A stretch of DNA of 60,874 bases, filler included, from Dugesia japonica (lineage: Eukaryota): the NCBI GenBank assembly GCA_001938525.1. It is 6 parts of 6 records of this genome, joined end to end, with 100 filler letters (N's around TTAATTAATTAA, not from the genome) between each part and the next. Parts side by side here need not be neighbours in the genome. Positions count along the whole stretch, not along the records: positions 36,777 to 49,889 come from MQRL01630353.1; positions 49,990 to 60,874 come from MQRL01451386.1; 4 more parts are not named here. One strand, written 5' to 3'. Below, piece after piece: positions 39,120 to 51,615 of the stretch. Within the stretch, counting starts at the first letter, position 1. Each line of letters starts with the position of its first letter. The notes beneath the pieces were generated by a model. It was not told the DNA's origin. It did not search any database and saw nothing but the letters and a program-made list of their open reading frames with translations. A program made the translations under genes and the position numbers.

Positions 39120-41395
39120 TAGCAAACAATTCTTATACCGAAACCAGGTAAAAAAGGTCAATATGAAAAAATGTCATTATGAAGACCAATTGCACTACTC
39201 TCTATCATTTATTTGCTTTTATTTTAACAATACGACTAAGCTGCTGGGCAAATTATAACAATCTCAATCAGAAGGGATGTTCGGAATTTGAGGAGTGCAT
39301 TGAACACAACTCAGTTCTAACAGCTGATTTAGAGCACTCTAAATTTACTAAGAACCGTCCAATTGTCATTGCATGGTTTGACATAAAAGATGCTTTTGGT
39401 AGTGTTCTACACAGTTGCTTATGGGCATTGCTACAATATATTGGTGTTGAAATTGAATTTGTTAACATCCTAGAACTCCTATATTCTGATACATCTTCAT
39501 TTTATACTTGTAGTTCAATAATCACAATAAATATTCCGCTGTCCATTATCTATGATCCTATTTAATTTGGCAATCAATCCAGTTCTGCAATCAATTTCTG
39601 CATCCAACACAATACCATTTATGATAGAGTCATCATATGCGAATGATTTGGCACTCGTTGCAACTAATACTAAAGACCTTTATAAAATAATAGACATAGC
39701 AATATAAACTGCAAGAATCATTGGATTTGAATTTCTTCCTGATAAATGCGCTTATCTTCAACTAACTCAAACCAACTTCCCCAGCGAAATCTCTATAAAT
39801 GATAAGAAAATTAGAAAATTGGCCATAAAAGAAATCTATCAGTATCTAGGCGTTCATGTTGGAGACAGGAATTACCAAAGTCCTTATGAGACCATACAAC
39901 AAGTCATTGATGATTTAACAAAAATTGTTGATTCAAACTTACCAGGATAACAGAATCTAAAGGCATACAAAGTATTACTACATTCTAGACTCACATTTGC
40001 ATTCCAAACGCGCGAAATAAAAATTAGCACCCTAAGTCATACTCAGAATAATCCAAATGTCAGTAATAACAATATTCGTAATGTTTGATTCCAACTTAGA
40101 CGTATATTAAATCTTCCGAAACAATCTGAAATTCTTTACTTCTACAATTCAACCAAAAATGGAGGAGCTGCTTGCTTTGATATACTGGATGAATATCAAA
40201 CTCAATGTGTTGTGAAATACTTTAAATTTCTTACCTCAAGATGCATTTACACAAACAAAATCAATATAGACTTCTTATGTCTCGAAGCAAGTTCAGAAAT
40301 AAATAAACTAAACCCATCTCTAAATGAATGTCTGGAATGGATAAATGGTAAACAAACATTAAAAAATTCAAATTCAAAGAAAACGCACTTTCAGCGAATA
40401 AGAACTGCAATACAATTTTTCAAAAGGATTCATGATACAGATATATCGTTTAATGTACTTAATAAAAAAATAGTCCTTTATATGACAAACAAGACAAGAG
40501 GAAAGTATNTTATTACTCATACCTCCCGTAAAGAAATTTCAAATATCATTCACAACGTACTCTTTGATTCATACGCTGAAAAATAGAAAAAAAGCAAGGT
40601 GAGCAACCTGATATTCGCAGCCATTCAAATTAGCCCTATTAATAATAAAATGATTTTCAAAAGTGACCTCAATAACATTCAGTGGAATTTCATTCACAGT
40701 GCACGTACAAACTCTCTATAAATACGTGGAAGATCATTTTATGAAAAACAAAACTATCGGCGCTATTTTACTGGAAATGAATCCAATGAATCAGATGTTC
40801 TTCAAAAATCCAAAATGAATCAGGCAATAGCAACTGAAAGACATAATTCTTCCCTTGATATTATTGTCAGCAAAATTAAAACTACAAATGCTATTGTTGA
40901 GGTCTATAGAATAAATAACTATATTTTGGATTCTAGGGAAAGAGTGGATATTACAGAAAATAATGTTGAAAAAAGACGATATATTTAATTGATGTCAAAT
41001 GCCGAAAAGAATTTTGAAGAGTAACAAAAGAAATTTAGAAAAATATGATATACTAAAAAATAAAGTGAAAATAGCAAAGCCTGATTTTAAAATAGATTTA
41101 AATACTGGCATAATTGGATCACTTGGCTCAATTCAAACCCATTCAAATTCTAGAAAAGATTATTGAAAACAAAAACATAATAAAATGAATATTAAAAGAT
41201 TTCTCTAAATCAAACATAGCCTACTCAGCAGAAATATGGAAGTTCCACAAAACTGGTATTAGAAACAACAAAACAACTTCCAATATTGAAGATTAGTATA
41301 TAAAGAATTGAAGAAACGTGTGTGGGTTCTATGTAGAACCAAAAACAAGACTGTTTGTATATTCAAACTTGTTATATTTAATAAATTTTATATAT
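39120..41395 (+). mobile_element. 5'-truncated non-LTR retrotransposon with C-terminal restriction-like endonuclease (R2/NeSL/R4 group)
   Basis: ILIPKPGK, RPIAL, QKG...CIEH, AWFDIKDAFGSV, LFNLAINP, YANDL (YADD), YQYLGV, RHN, LIDVKC, IIGSLGS; 3' UTR with AATAAA. Confidence 0.88.
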
Positions 41396-41397
41396 AT

Positions 41398-43280
41398 AAT
41401 AATAAAAGTTAATTAATTATAACAAATTTGAAAATTTCAAACAAAGATTATGTACTGCGTAAAACAAACCATCAAATGCTATTTAAAATATCATTTGTCT
41501 ATGTAGAAATATCTGATTTCTCTACAAACATTTTTTTGGAATAACTGTTTTACCAAAAACTTTTATTATCCGTATTTACCAGATTTTGGAAGAATATAAG
41601 CTGTTGAAACGGCACATTCTGTTAATAGTTTATTTACTCTGTCTTTCCTTATACCAATATTTCTCAGAGTTATATTGGTTTTCACTGATCCGAGAGATCC
41701 AAATATTCATGTAAATAATTGAACATAATAATGAGCTCTTGCTGTTTGAATCTTACTTTTTAAATTTTCATGTTTAACCAGGTTGCTTTCATTAATCAAT
41801 TGAAAATTCTTTTCCAAGTCTAATGAACATTTGATGACTATTAGATGTATTGGTTAAATTCAAAGTCTCGCAAATCTCCATAAATTGTTTATTGATTATT
41901 ACAAGTCTTTCATTAAAATGAAAAAATGATGAAGAACAATTCACAATATTCAAACAAATAATCTGAGAAATCTTAATAAAATATTTTTCAAAAATATTGA
42001 TTTTTTTAATTCCAAAATACTTTTATTTTACCTGTATCTTTCATTATTTTTAAACCTAAGTTTATAAAATAATTTTTATAATTTTATAATTTAAAATAAT
42101 ATAACATATCGACTTTAATTTTAAAATACCTTTATTTTACATATATATTTAATTATTTTTAAACATAAANNNNNNNNNNNNNNNNNNNNNNNNNNNNNNN
42201 NNNNNNNNNNNNNNNNNNNTAATTTTCCATAATATAATATATAGAATTTATTCAATTAACTTGTATTTCTTTGTATAAATTTTGTATTAATTTGTATTAA
42301 TTTTGTATTAGTATTAATTTGTAATGCTCAAGTCTGGCGATTACAGGCAATAGACTATTTTTTTAAGCATTCATTGTCTTTTAGTTGGTAAACGTTGATT
42401 AAATTTACAACTTTTAAGAACATGAGACATAATTTCCTCGGCAATGACGATAAAGATGATTGTGTTGATTTATGATAAATGCACGAGCAAATGTAGACAG
42501 GTTATTTAGATGAGCCCTGGGAATGAAGTTCCATTGAAATTCATTGAGTTTGCCATTATAAATTAATTTGTTGATAATTGGGCAAATTTAAATAGATGAT
42601 ATGAGTATAATACTATGATTGTTCCATTTCCATTTTTCAAGATATGCGTCAAACAATTCATTGTGAATAACACTAGCAAGTTCTTGTTGAAATGTTGCTT
42701 TCAGAATATATGTACCTAGTATATTTCTGATTATTCGTAATGCCAATTTTTCATCAATTATTTCAAATGATATCCAAATTTTATAAAAATTTCTTTCAAA
42801 TATTCCAATCCATTTCTTTAACAGTAAGACTGAGTCTTTTTTGACTTTGAGTTGGTATTTGTTTGTCCACCATTAATCCATTGGAAGCATTTTTGAAAAG
42901 TTGGATTTGATTTATTAATACGAGTACTTGCTACAAAACATAGTGAATCTAGGTTTATTTTTCTAGTGCATGAACATTTTGAAGTTAAAAGTCTGAAATA
43001 TTGAACTGTGATTCGAGTGTGATATTCATCAAGCATATTAATACAGGCTGCTCCATCATTTGCTATAGAATTGTAGAAGTATAATGTTTCTGATTGATGA
43101 AGAAGATTCAATATTGGTCTGAGTTACTCTATTAGTTTAGAAGTATTATTCTACTTAGAATTTTTATTTCCTTGTCAATATCTGAGCGCACTACATTTGA
43201 TTTCACACGTTCGAAAAGAAAAAATTAATCTTGAGTGTAAGATTATTTTGTAAGCTTTCAGTTTATTCCGGGTAATTACT
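41398..43280 (-). mobile_element. Second RLE non-LTR copy, tail-to-tail with the first and interrupted at about 41853-42330
   Basis: ORF 42818-43111 aligns with 40100-40400. QWNFIP.A, RHC...SHVL..C, IKCSLD and IFGSLGS are present. Confidence 0.85.
41853..42169 (+). repeat. Dispersed non-coding repeat (MITE-like), copy 1
   Basis: About 315 bp, nearly identical to the reverse complement of 45895-46205; a diverged third copy starts near 49425. Confidence 0.85.
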
Positions 43281-44046
43281 TTACTTCTTTAAAATTTTCT
43301 TAAAAACTAATGTCATTCAATCAGATTGCAAAATAGTCAATCAAAAGATTTTCCTTTTCCCGAGGATGGATAGATTCAGCACTAGATCACACATCAGGTC
43401 ATTGAACTTTACATATAATGANTGCATCATTTCCAGTTACATGTTCATCGAAGAAGCTTACGTCACAACTGGTTGATATCCAGTATGTGATTACATCACT
43501 TTCTAGTCGCGTAATTACCTATCCACTTACTCTAAAAATTAATATAAGGACCGCCAGCTCCCTGGTGATAAGTGTATCACCCTTTGCTAAGTAGTTGAAT
43601 AGATGGTGCCACATTACTTGATGCCCTAATTACATGCCTATATTGCTTATAGGTGAATTCATCACTGATTAGATTGATCATTTTAATTATGGATCAACAT
43701 GCTATAAACTATTTAATATTAATTCTATTCAAACTTTCTAGTCGACAAAATATTTCGGATAAAATGGATAAATTATAATTTAGTTAACTTAAAAAAATTT
43801 TACTTCACTTAAATTGGTAATTTAGAAAATATAAGAAATGATTAAAGTAAATAAAATAAGTTTACTGATAGTTAAGTGAGGAATCCAATAAAATCAGCGT
43901 GATTAAGCACTTTTACCAGCGCCACAAGGAATGCTACCAATGAGGTAAGTAGATTTAATTTCATGCTTGAAAAATAACAAAATGTATATATTCTCTACAA
44001 AAAAATTGTTAATAGTTTATTTATATATATATATAATGATTACTTA

Positions 44047-44096
<50 letters not shown>

Positions 44097-45419
44097 TAAT
44101 TTTAATTTTTAAAAATTATCAGAATTAAAATGAATTCGTTTTTAAACTGGTCACAGATTTATAATTATAATAAATTGATTGACTGACCATTTAGCAGCAG
44201 TTGTTAGAATGGAGAAATAAAAATAAATGAAACAATTTGTAAATATAGAACATTATCAATAAATCCACAGATTTATCAACAACTATGAAATATCAAAATA
44301 CCAACAATTGATGGTAAAATTAGCAAAGAAAGTAGGAGGCTCAAATAAATGCTTCAATCATCACTTCTGACATCCCATCGATCATTGCCATAACCAATAC
44401 CATAAGCCGACCAACTGGACCTGCCCACCCTAATAATATCGTCTTGGAAAAAAGGTGAGCAAATAAACATGACAGTGAACAATGTGTGTGAGTGTATACA
44501 GTGTCTATCCCATGCTAATACTGGTCGTAAAAATCTGATAACAATACCAGCGATCATTCACCTCAATTTGTTATAATGCTAGAAATTGCATAGCAGAGAT
44601 AAGAATGCTGCTGATAGATGGAGCTTTATTTACCTAGTCGTAAATCTCTTGATTCTTTGGTAAGCCTGGTTACCAAATTAATTAAATAAAAATAATTTAA
44701 TCTTTTATTTTCGGTGATTTGTGAGATTTCTAATCAGGCTTATCTAAAATTTGCTTGATTTTTTGACCGTCCTTTTCAGACAGGATCTTTTGAATGTGAC
44801 ATTTTTGTCAACAGTTTTGAATCTAAGCCTGGTTTTATTTAGGGTAGAAATTTTTTCGATAAATGTAAATGAGTAATTTTATTGATATTTTTTTTCATTT
44901 TGTAATGCAATTTAGAAATAAAATATTTNAAAAAAAAATTATGAATTATTTTTGAAAATTTTTTATTGAAATTATTTTTATCTAGAATTTGTTCAGTTTA
45001 AATTGGATATTTTTATTTAATATTTAGGCTTTTTGAGAAATAAATATCAAAGGAAAAATAAAGTTAAGAAAATTAATTTTTACAATTTTTATAAGTTCAA
45101 TTAAAACAAAATTTCATATTTTAAATATGTGAATTTTTGTTTAAAATGATGCAATTTAATTTCAATACACCATATTTTTATTTTAATATGGCAGTAAAAT
45201 AGAAATTGAAATTTGAATTTGGCAAAAAATTTAATAAATGAAATTGAAAAAATATTTTTATTACATAAATATTAAATTAATTTAATATGTAAAAAACAAT
45301 TGTAAATGTTTGATAAAAATTATAAACATTGTTTAAATTAAAACTTTATTGTAGTGTATTTCGACAGATCAACCGTCAACATCAGACAAAATAAAAAATT
45401 TGAGATTATTCAGTCTGTA

Positions 45420-46420
45420 ACATTAGAATTAAGCGGTTTTCTCTATTTTCATCGCACAAATTGTCCTCTGTTCATAACATAAGAAATGTATACTAGGTTA
45501 CGATGTATCATACGTCTGATGGTTGGCTCTGATAACTGCAGTTGCCTGGAAATGTTTCTCATTGATGTGTCAGGATTTTCATTAACGACACAACGAACTT
45601 GTTGAACAAAATCGTCATTCCTAACTGTGAGATCCAGTCATGAATTTCAAATGTCTGAGATTTTCTAATTTTTATATAATATTAAAATTGGTTTTTTTTG
45701 AAACTTTTAAAATATAAAACAGGTTTTTTAAAATACAAATTAATTGAATAAATTCTTTATATTATATTTTGCAAAATTATGAAATTATAAAAATTATTTG
45801 GTAAACTTATGTTAAAAAATTAATTGTAAAAGTATTTAATAATTAAAATTATTTTACATTATGCAAAATTTTAAAATTATAATAATTATTTTGTAAATTT
45901 AGGTTAAAAAATAATTAAATATATATGTAAAATAAAGGTATTTTAAAATTAAAGTCGATATGTTAGATTATGTTAAATTATAAATATTATTTTTAAAATG
46001 AGGTTTAAAAATAATGAAAGATACAGGTAAAATAAAAGTATTTTGGAATTAAAAAAATCAATATTTTTGAAAAATATTTTATTAAGATTTCTCAGATTAT
46101 TTGTTTAAATATTGTGAATTGTTCTTCATCATTTTTTCATTTTAACGAAAGACTTGTAATAATCAATAAACAATTTATGGAGACTTGTGAGACTTTGAAT
46201 TTAACTAATTCTGACAATGTCTGAACTGGAATAGTTCTTTTTTGGATATAGAAGACCTCTTCGAGCGCGGCCGTAATTTTTTTAAAATTTTAAACACAAA
46301 AGATCGGGCAACATTGAGATAATTTGCAATTTCATAATCATTGTGTTTCGAGTCTAATACAACAGCTATTTTATTAAATTTAGAAAGTAAAATAGTTGAG
46401 CAAGTCAATGGTCAATTCAC
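45420..46420 (-). pseudogene. Tc1/mariner-superfamily transposase N-terminal relic split by the repeat
   Basis: HTH EIANYLNVARSFVFK (46205-46408) continues as VRNDDFVQQV...NPDTSMRNISRQLQLSEPTIRR...GQF (45430-45630). Confidence 0.7.
45640..46205 (-). repeat. Dispersed non-coding repeat (MITE-like), copy 2
   Basis: Inverted match to 41853-42169; sits inside the Tc1/mariner relic. Confidence 0.8.
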
Positions 46421-46599
46421 CACTCACCAGCAATGTTTATGTTAAGTATAATAAGATTTTTTTTATTATAATAATATAATTAGAATATTAAGGATATTCT
46501 TTATGTTTTTGTTATTTTTTGGTTTTTGTTACACTTACAAATGTTAGTTATAATGCCTTATTTTTGTTGTAATTGTACTGTTTTTTTTAATAAAAAAAT

Positions 46600-48260
46600 A
46601 CTCATACATTGTCTGGCGCAATCATCCGTGATTTATTCAATGCGATGAAAATTTACAAAATTCAAAATCATATCAAATTTATAAGTGAATGTAAAAGAAG
46701 AAAATTAATACCATTTGGTTTGATAACTAAAACAAACTCAAGAATACTTTTTAGTGTCATCTATCTAAACGTCTATGTTTTCCATAAATAACTGTTCTTC
46801 GTAAAAGACTCTATAGTAAACGTAATTATCTGATAAAAAATAAACCACTACCATTTCCTCTAAATAAAGAAGATGAAGAAGCATATGGAAAATTTAAAAA
46901 CATTTATGATCTCAACAAACAAAAGAAATTGAAAACTCAACTTTCTGAGAAAACTAAAACATAAGAAAAAATCAAAATGAAAATAAATTTACACTCAGAT
47001 GTTATAAGCAATACAACTGTTCTTCCTTTCCAAAATTTAACGGAATATACATTTACTGACAGACAAATGATTGAAGCTGCCATTTACATTCTCAAATGCC
47101 AATGGTACAGACTAGAAAACACAACATATGAAATATCAGATAATTCTTCAGTTTTTTTTTATCAAAGTGGTAGTACAAACAAACATTCAGACGGGTAATA
47201 GCAACGTACAATTATCCTATTACAGAAATTGATAACAATATAGAGGAACTCAGAAATAAACTTTTAAAAACTTACAAATATAACAAGAATATCAAACCTA
47301 AAAGTAATGAGAACAAAATTATCAAAGAAATAAAGAATTTGAAACCAGTTATCATCGCTCCAACGGATAAAACAAATAAATTGGTAGCTTTGCCTGAACA
47401 GACGTACAAGGATTTCTTCTCTAAACATCTGAATAATTATGAGACCATCACTCATAAAAGAGTACCAATTACTGAAGAGAATAAATTCAATAAAGAATTG
47501 ATTAAATTTGCAGAGAAACATGAAGACCGAAAGAAATCTTTTTTTTTAACAGTATAATGTCATGAACCCGTTCCGTCATCTATGTACTGTGTTCTTAAAG
47601 ATTATAAAACAACAATGAAAGGAAAACTTTTGGTCAATGCTTCCGATAATCCATCTACTTTATTATGCAAAAATATGGCAGATTATTTGAGACCACAATT
47701 AAGTTTTATTCCACACATTTGAAAAATAGTTGAATTTGTTGAACGAATTAAAAATTATGATTGAAAGAACGATGATCGATTTGGTTCATTGGATGTAACA
47801 AATCTTTATGGACCGATTTCCATTGAAGGACCTGAAAATGTCATCGATATTGTAAGTGATTTCTTTGAAAGATACAAAGAACGTACAGATATTCTTGAAA
47901 TCACCAAAAATAATTTCATATCTCTTATCAATTTGTGATCTATTCTTTGACAGCATTTTTATCGGTGAACAACATTTTAAACAATAAAATGGTCTTGCAA
48001 TGGGTAACAATTTGTCTCCTATTTTAAGAATATTTTTTATGAAACATGCAGAACCATCCGTACAAGAATTAAAGAACATCTCAAACAGAAAGAAAGTGAA
48101 GTCTTCAGACATTTTCGAAACAAACATAATATTTTACCAGAAAATCATCATATTACATGGAAAACATTAAAAACAGGCTACATTTCTACACTTCATAGAA
48201 AAAAACATGAACAAATTTGATTAAAGAGGATAAACCTAAGATCAATGTGGTTTTCAACAA
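46600..48260 (+). mobile_element. Penelope-like retroelement, degenerate and internally deleted
   Basis: HIKFISECKRRKLIPFGL, IIAPTDKTNKLV, PSSMYCVLKDYK, SLDVTNLY, KQ.NGLAMGNNLSPIL. The sequence then jumps to an endonuclease-like C-terminus with no YVDD motif. Confidence 0.85.
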
Positions 48261-48512
48261 TATGATAATTAAAATTTTAAAAAATTAGTATCAGTATCAA
48301 TTAAATTTTAATTTTATCGATTAAATTTTAAAAACATTTTTTAGAAAAAAACGAAATAGTATTGATAAAATTTTCTTTGTTTCCGATAAATCAAAATATT
48401 TTGTTATGTTTGAAATAAATTTTTCAACATCATCGCCTATTCTGAAAGTTCCAGAATAAGTTGCTTCCTTTAGCAAATCCAATGATTCTCTGGTCACTAT
48501 GATAACACTATA

Positions 48513-48578
<66 letters not shown>

Positions 48579-48628
48579 NNNNNNNNNNNNNNNNNNNNNN
48601 NNNNNNNNNNNNNNNNNNNNNNNNNNNN

Positions 48629-48690
<62 letters not shown>
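48513..48690. repeat. (ATT)n microsatellite
   Basis: Direct reading; source of the poly-Ile ORF. Confidence 0.95.
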
Positions 48691-48692
<2 letters not shown>

Positions 48693-48739
48693 GGAAATTT
48701 ATGTCAATAAAGTCAATTGAATCTTAAATTACTCAAAAC

Positions 48740-49406
48740 TTGTAAATAATATTTAAAACATCTTTGACTACATAAAAGTATCTTATTTTAAAATTTATAA
48801 AGCTAAAATTGTCAAAAATTTGATCAAAAATTCAAAGATTATTTCAAAAGGTCAAAACTTTTTTTAACCAGTCAAAATTTAAAAAAATTTTATCAAATCA
48901 ATCAACGTCATACGATAAAAAATCAACACTTTTTAATTATAAACTGAGTAATGAGTAAAACATTTGCATTATAAAGTCCAAATTTTGGTCAAAAAAGTAA
49001 AAATTTTCTTTTTAACATGATAAATAAAAGATTGCCCTTAGAATGACAATAAGGAACATGAAAAAGGAAAAAATTTCANCAATAGAATAGCCTACTTCAG
49101 CTTGTGTCAAAAGAAGTTTTTCTATGTTGAGTAAACCTTTAGCAAAAGACCGAAACTTTGCCCCTGAAATTTGGTAATAAAATTATGTTGTTATAATGTT
49201 CAATAAAATGTAAACTCTTGATATATTTTTCATTTACAAACCTAAGTTTTCATAAATTTTAAGACTAATAAGCAGTGATAATTGTTTAAAAAAACATAAG
49301 GAAACATAAAGTCCAAAATTTGTCAAAAATTTTCATTATTAAGTCAAAATATTGGTCAAAAAAAGTCAAATTTTTCTTCTTTATAAGGTTAAAAAAGATT
49401 GCCCTA
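48740..49406 (+). mobile_element. Two tandem hAT right-end relics
   Basis: Both end AAAAGATTGCCCT (about 49038 and 49405) with GTCAAAA subterminal repeats; TSACVKRSFSML..LAKDRNF dimerisation-domain fragment. Confidence 0.65.
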
Positions 49407-49676
49407 ATTATTATATATAAACACTATTGCAAGTCTCCATAAATATTTATTTAATTACAAATTGTCTTGGTTTTTGTTGAAAGTTAAAAAAGATAAATAC
49501 TCAGATTATTCAAACAAATTAACTCTAAATAATATTTTAATGAAAGAATGTTTTATAAAATTAACCCAGACTTCACGATATTCAAATATTTATACATACA
49601 TAAAATACATTTTCAAATATGTTTAAAAAATATATCATTTAATAATTTAATATTTGAAATCTTTCGTAATATAATA

Positions 49677-49840
49677 TATTTTTAAATTATGGATTAAAAT
49701 TATAATTTAAAATTAAAATTAAAATTATTGAGTTTATGTTTTAAAAATATATACTACAAAAAATTTACTTTTATATAAACTCAATAATTTTAATTTTAAT
49801 TTTAATTTTAAATTATAATTTTAATCCATAATTTAAAAAT
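49677..49840. repeat. AT-rich fold-back inverted repeat (about 60-bp arms)
   Basis: TTTAAATTATGGATTAAAATT...TTGAGTTTAT versus ATAAACTCAA...AATCCATAATTTAAA. Confidence 0.85.
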
Positions 49841-49889
49841 TAACATTTGACTAAATAATTTTAATTATAATGTAAATTATAATTTTAAT

Positions 49890-49989
49890 NNNNNNNNNNN
49901 NNNNNNNNNNNNNNNNNNNNNNNNNNNNNNNNNTTAATTAATTAANNNNNNNNNNNNNNNNNNNNNNNNNNNNNNNNNNNNNNNNNNNN
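49890..49989. other. Artificial contig-joining spacer
   Basis: 44N-TTAATTAATTAA-44N. Confidence 0.95.
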
Positions 49990-50509
49990 AAATAAATAAA
50001 TAATTTTATTTTATTTTCTTCATAAAATTTAATTATATGTTTATTTCTTTGTTTTTCCGATCTAAAATTAACTTAAGTTCGTCGTTTCTTCTTTCATCAA
50101 TTAATTTAATTAATTCTTTTAAATTTATTTTCTTTCACCAATTATTAGTTCTATATGATTTTCTTAGTTTTGCCCAATGAACTAATTGTTATTCATGATT
50201 TTATTTATCTGGTTGATAGCTTCTAATTCTTCTTTTCTTCCTTTTGGCTTAATTATTTCTGGGTTATTTCTTGTTGTAAGTTTAAATTTTGCTGGTCATT
50301 ATGTTGAGTTTAACTACCAACTTGGGTTTTTCTTTTGATTATTCCTTTCCTTCAATGAATTGTGACTTTCCTTTGTCTGGGTTCTTTGTTTCCCAATTTG
50401 GTGACTATCTTTTCATTTTTGGCTTTACCTACCGCCATTTTTATTTTCCATTCCAAGTGTCTCACCTCAACATAAGTAAATCGACATATGTATGTGATAA
50501 TAGGTGATA

Positions 50510-50681
50510 AATTTAGTAAGTATAACAAATTTGAATATAAAAATAGTCTTTTTTTGGTTCTACATGGAACCCACACACGTTTCTTCCATTTATTATATAC
50601 TTATCTTCAATATTGGAAATCATCTTTTTGTTCCTAATACTAGGTTTGTGGAACTTCGCTATTTCTTCTGAGTAGGCTATG
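50510..50681 (-). mobile_element. 3'-end fragment of the RLE non-LTR family
   Basis: Reverse complement matches 41215-41385, including the GGTTC(T/C)ATGTAGAACC hairpin. Confidence 0.85.
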
Positions 50682-50698
50682 AAATTACTAATACTAAT

Positions 50699-51100
50699 GT
50701 GGAACGATTACAAATAACTGGACGGAGGTCAATAAGTAGTGTTGATGAAGTTATGAAGGGTCGACTCCGCATTTATCTTAATCTATACCATACTCCTTCT
50801 AATATATTAACTGATAATCGTTTCTCTTCAGTGAACAGCAATGAAGTGGCTAAATCTTCCGAAACAAAAATGGATGAAGAGCAGATGTATCAATCCTGCG
50901 CCGCCAAACTGGTCTAGAAGATACAATCAGTCCAGGAGCGAAACAACAAATTAATGGCTAGAAATTGAGGGAATTAGCGATGCGGATGACACGTCGTATG
51001 CTCGTAGATGTGACAAAGTCTTACATGAACTGAGATGCGGCAATAACCTCCAACATTCGGATTCTTTGGACTAGCTATAAACCAAAAGTCGAATCGTCCG
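50699..51100 (+). pseudogene. Possible Gypsy integrase C-terminal relic
   Basis: TG...DEVMKGRLRIYLNLYH resembles the TG.SPAELM.GR.LRT.LDLLHP segment. Confidence 0.3.
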
Positions 51101-51615
51101 TGGAGGTAGTTAATCTCAACGATGAAAAGCTTCCAGTGGTCAAAATTAACAAATGACTCCATTATCTAACTCCTTTTGTATATGTAATTGTTGAAAACAC
51201 CTGTTTTTGACTTATTATTACCAAAATGTTCTCTACTGAGCAAAACAAAGAAACCTGACTACAAACATCGTAGATTAGTGGAGTATACCTCTAGACAGGT
51301 CAGTATAGGCATAAGTTAAATATCTAAGATTTTAAGAGCAAAAGCCTAGAAACTCAACAATACAATTACATAAATAACATATTATTAAATAACATTGGGA
51401 ATCCAAGATTTTAGCAATATACGTCTAAACTTGATTTGCATCTTTATTTTTATTTTGTTTAAATATATTTAGAAAATAATATATTTTTATAAATAATTTC
51501 GCATTTAGAGTTATATTCAAAGACGAAGTTAGGAATTTTAGCATTTTTTTTCAGAAAAGCAAATGCACTGCTCTAAAGCATCATATATTGCCATGCTTTT
51601 TAGCCTAACACAATA

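Noticed and set aside
38731-41460. 60-bp direct repeat as TSD or LTR of the plus-strand RLE element
   Set aside because: It is better explained as the 3' end of the minus-strand RLE family present twice.
43320-44640. GC-richer blocks as genes
   Set aside because: No recognisable motif or consistent exon chain found by eye.
48499-48720. Poly-Ile, poly-Leu and X-rich ORFs (also 13010, 15916, 16124, 29302, 33808)
   Set aside because: Translations of microsatellites, low-complexity DNA and gaps.
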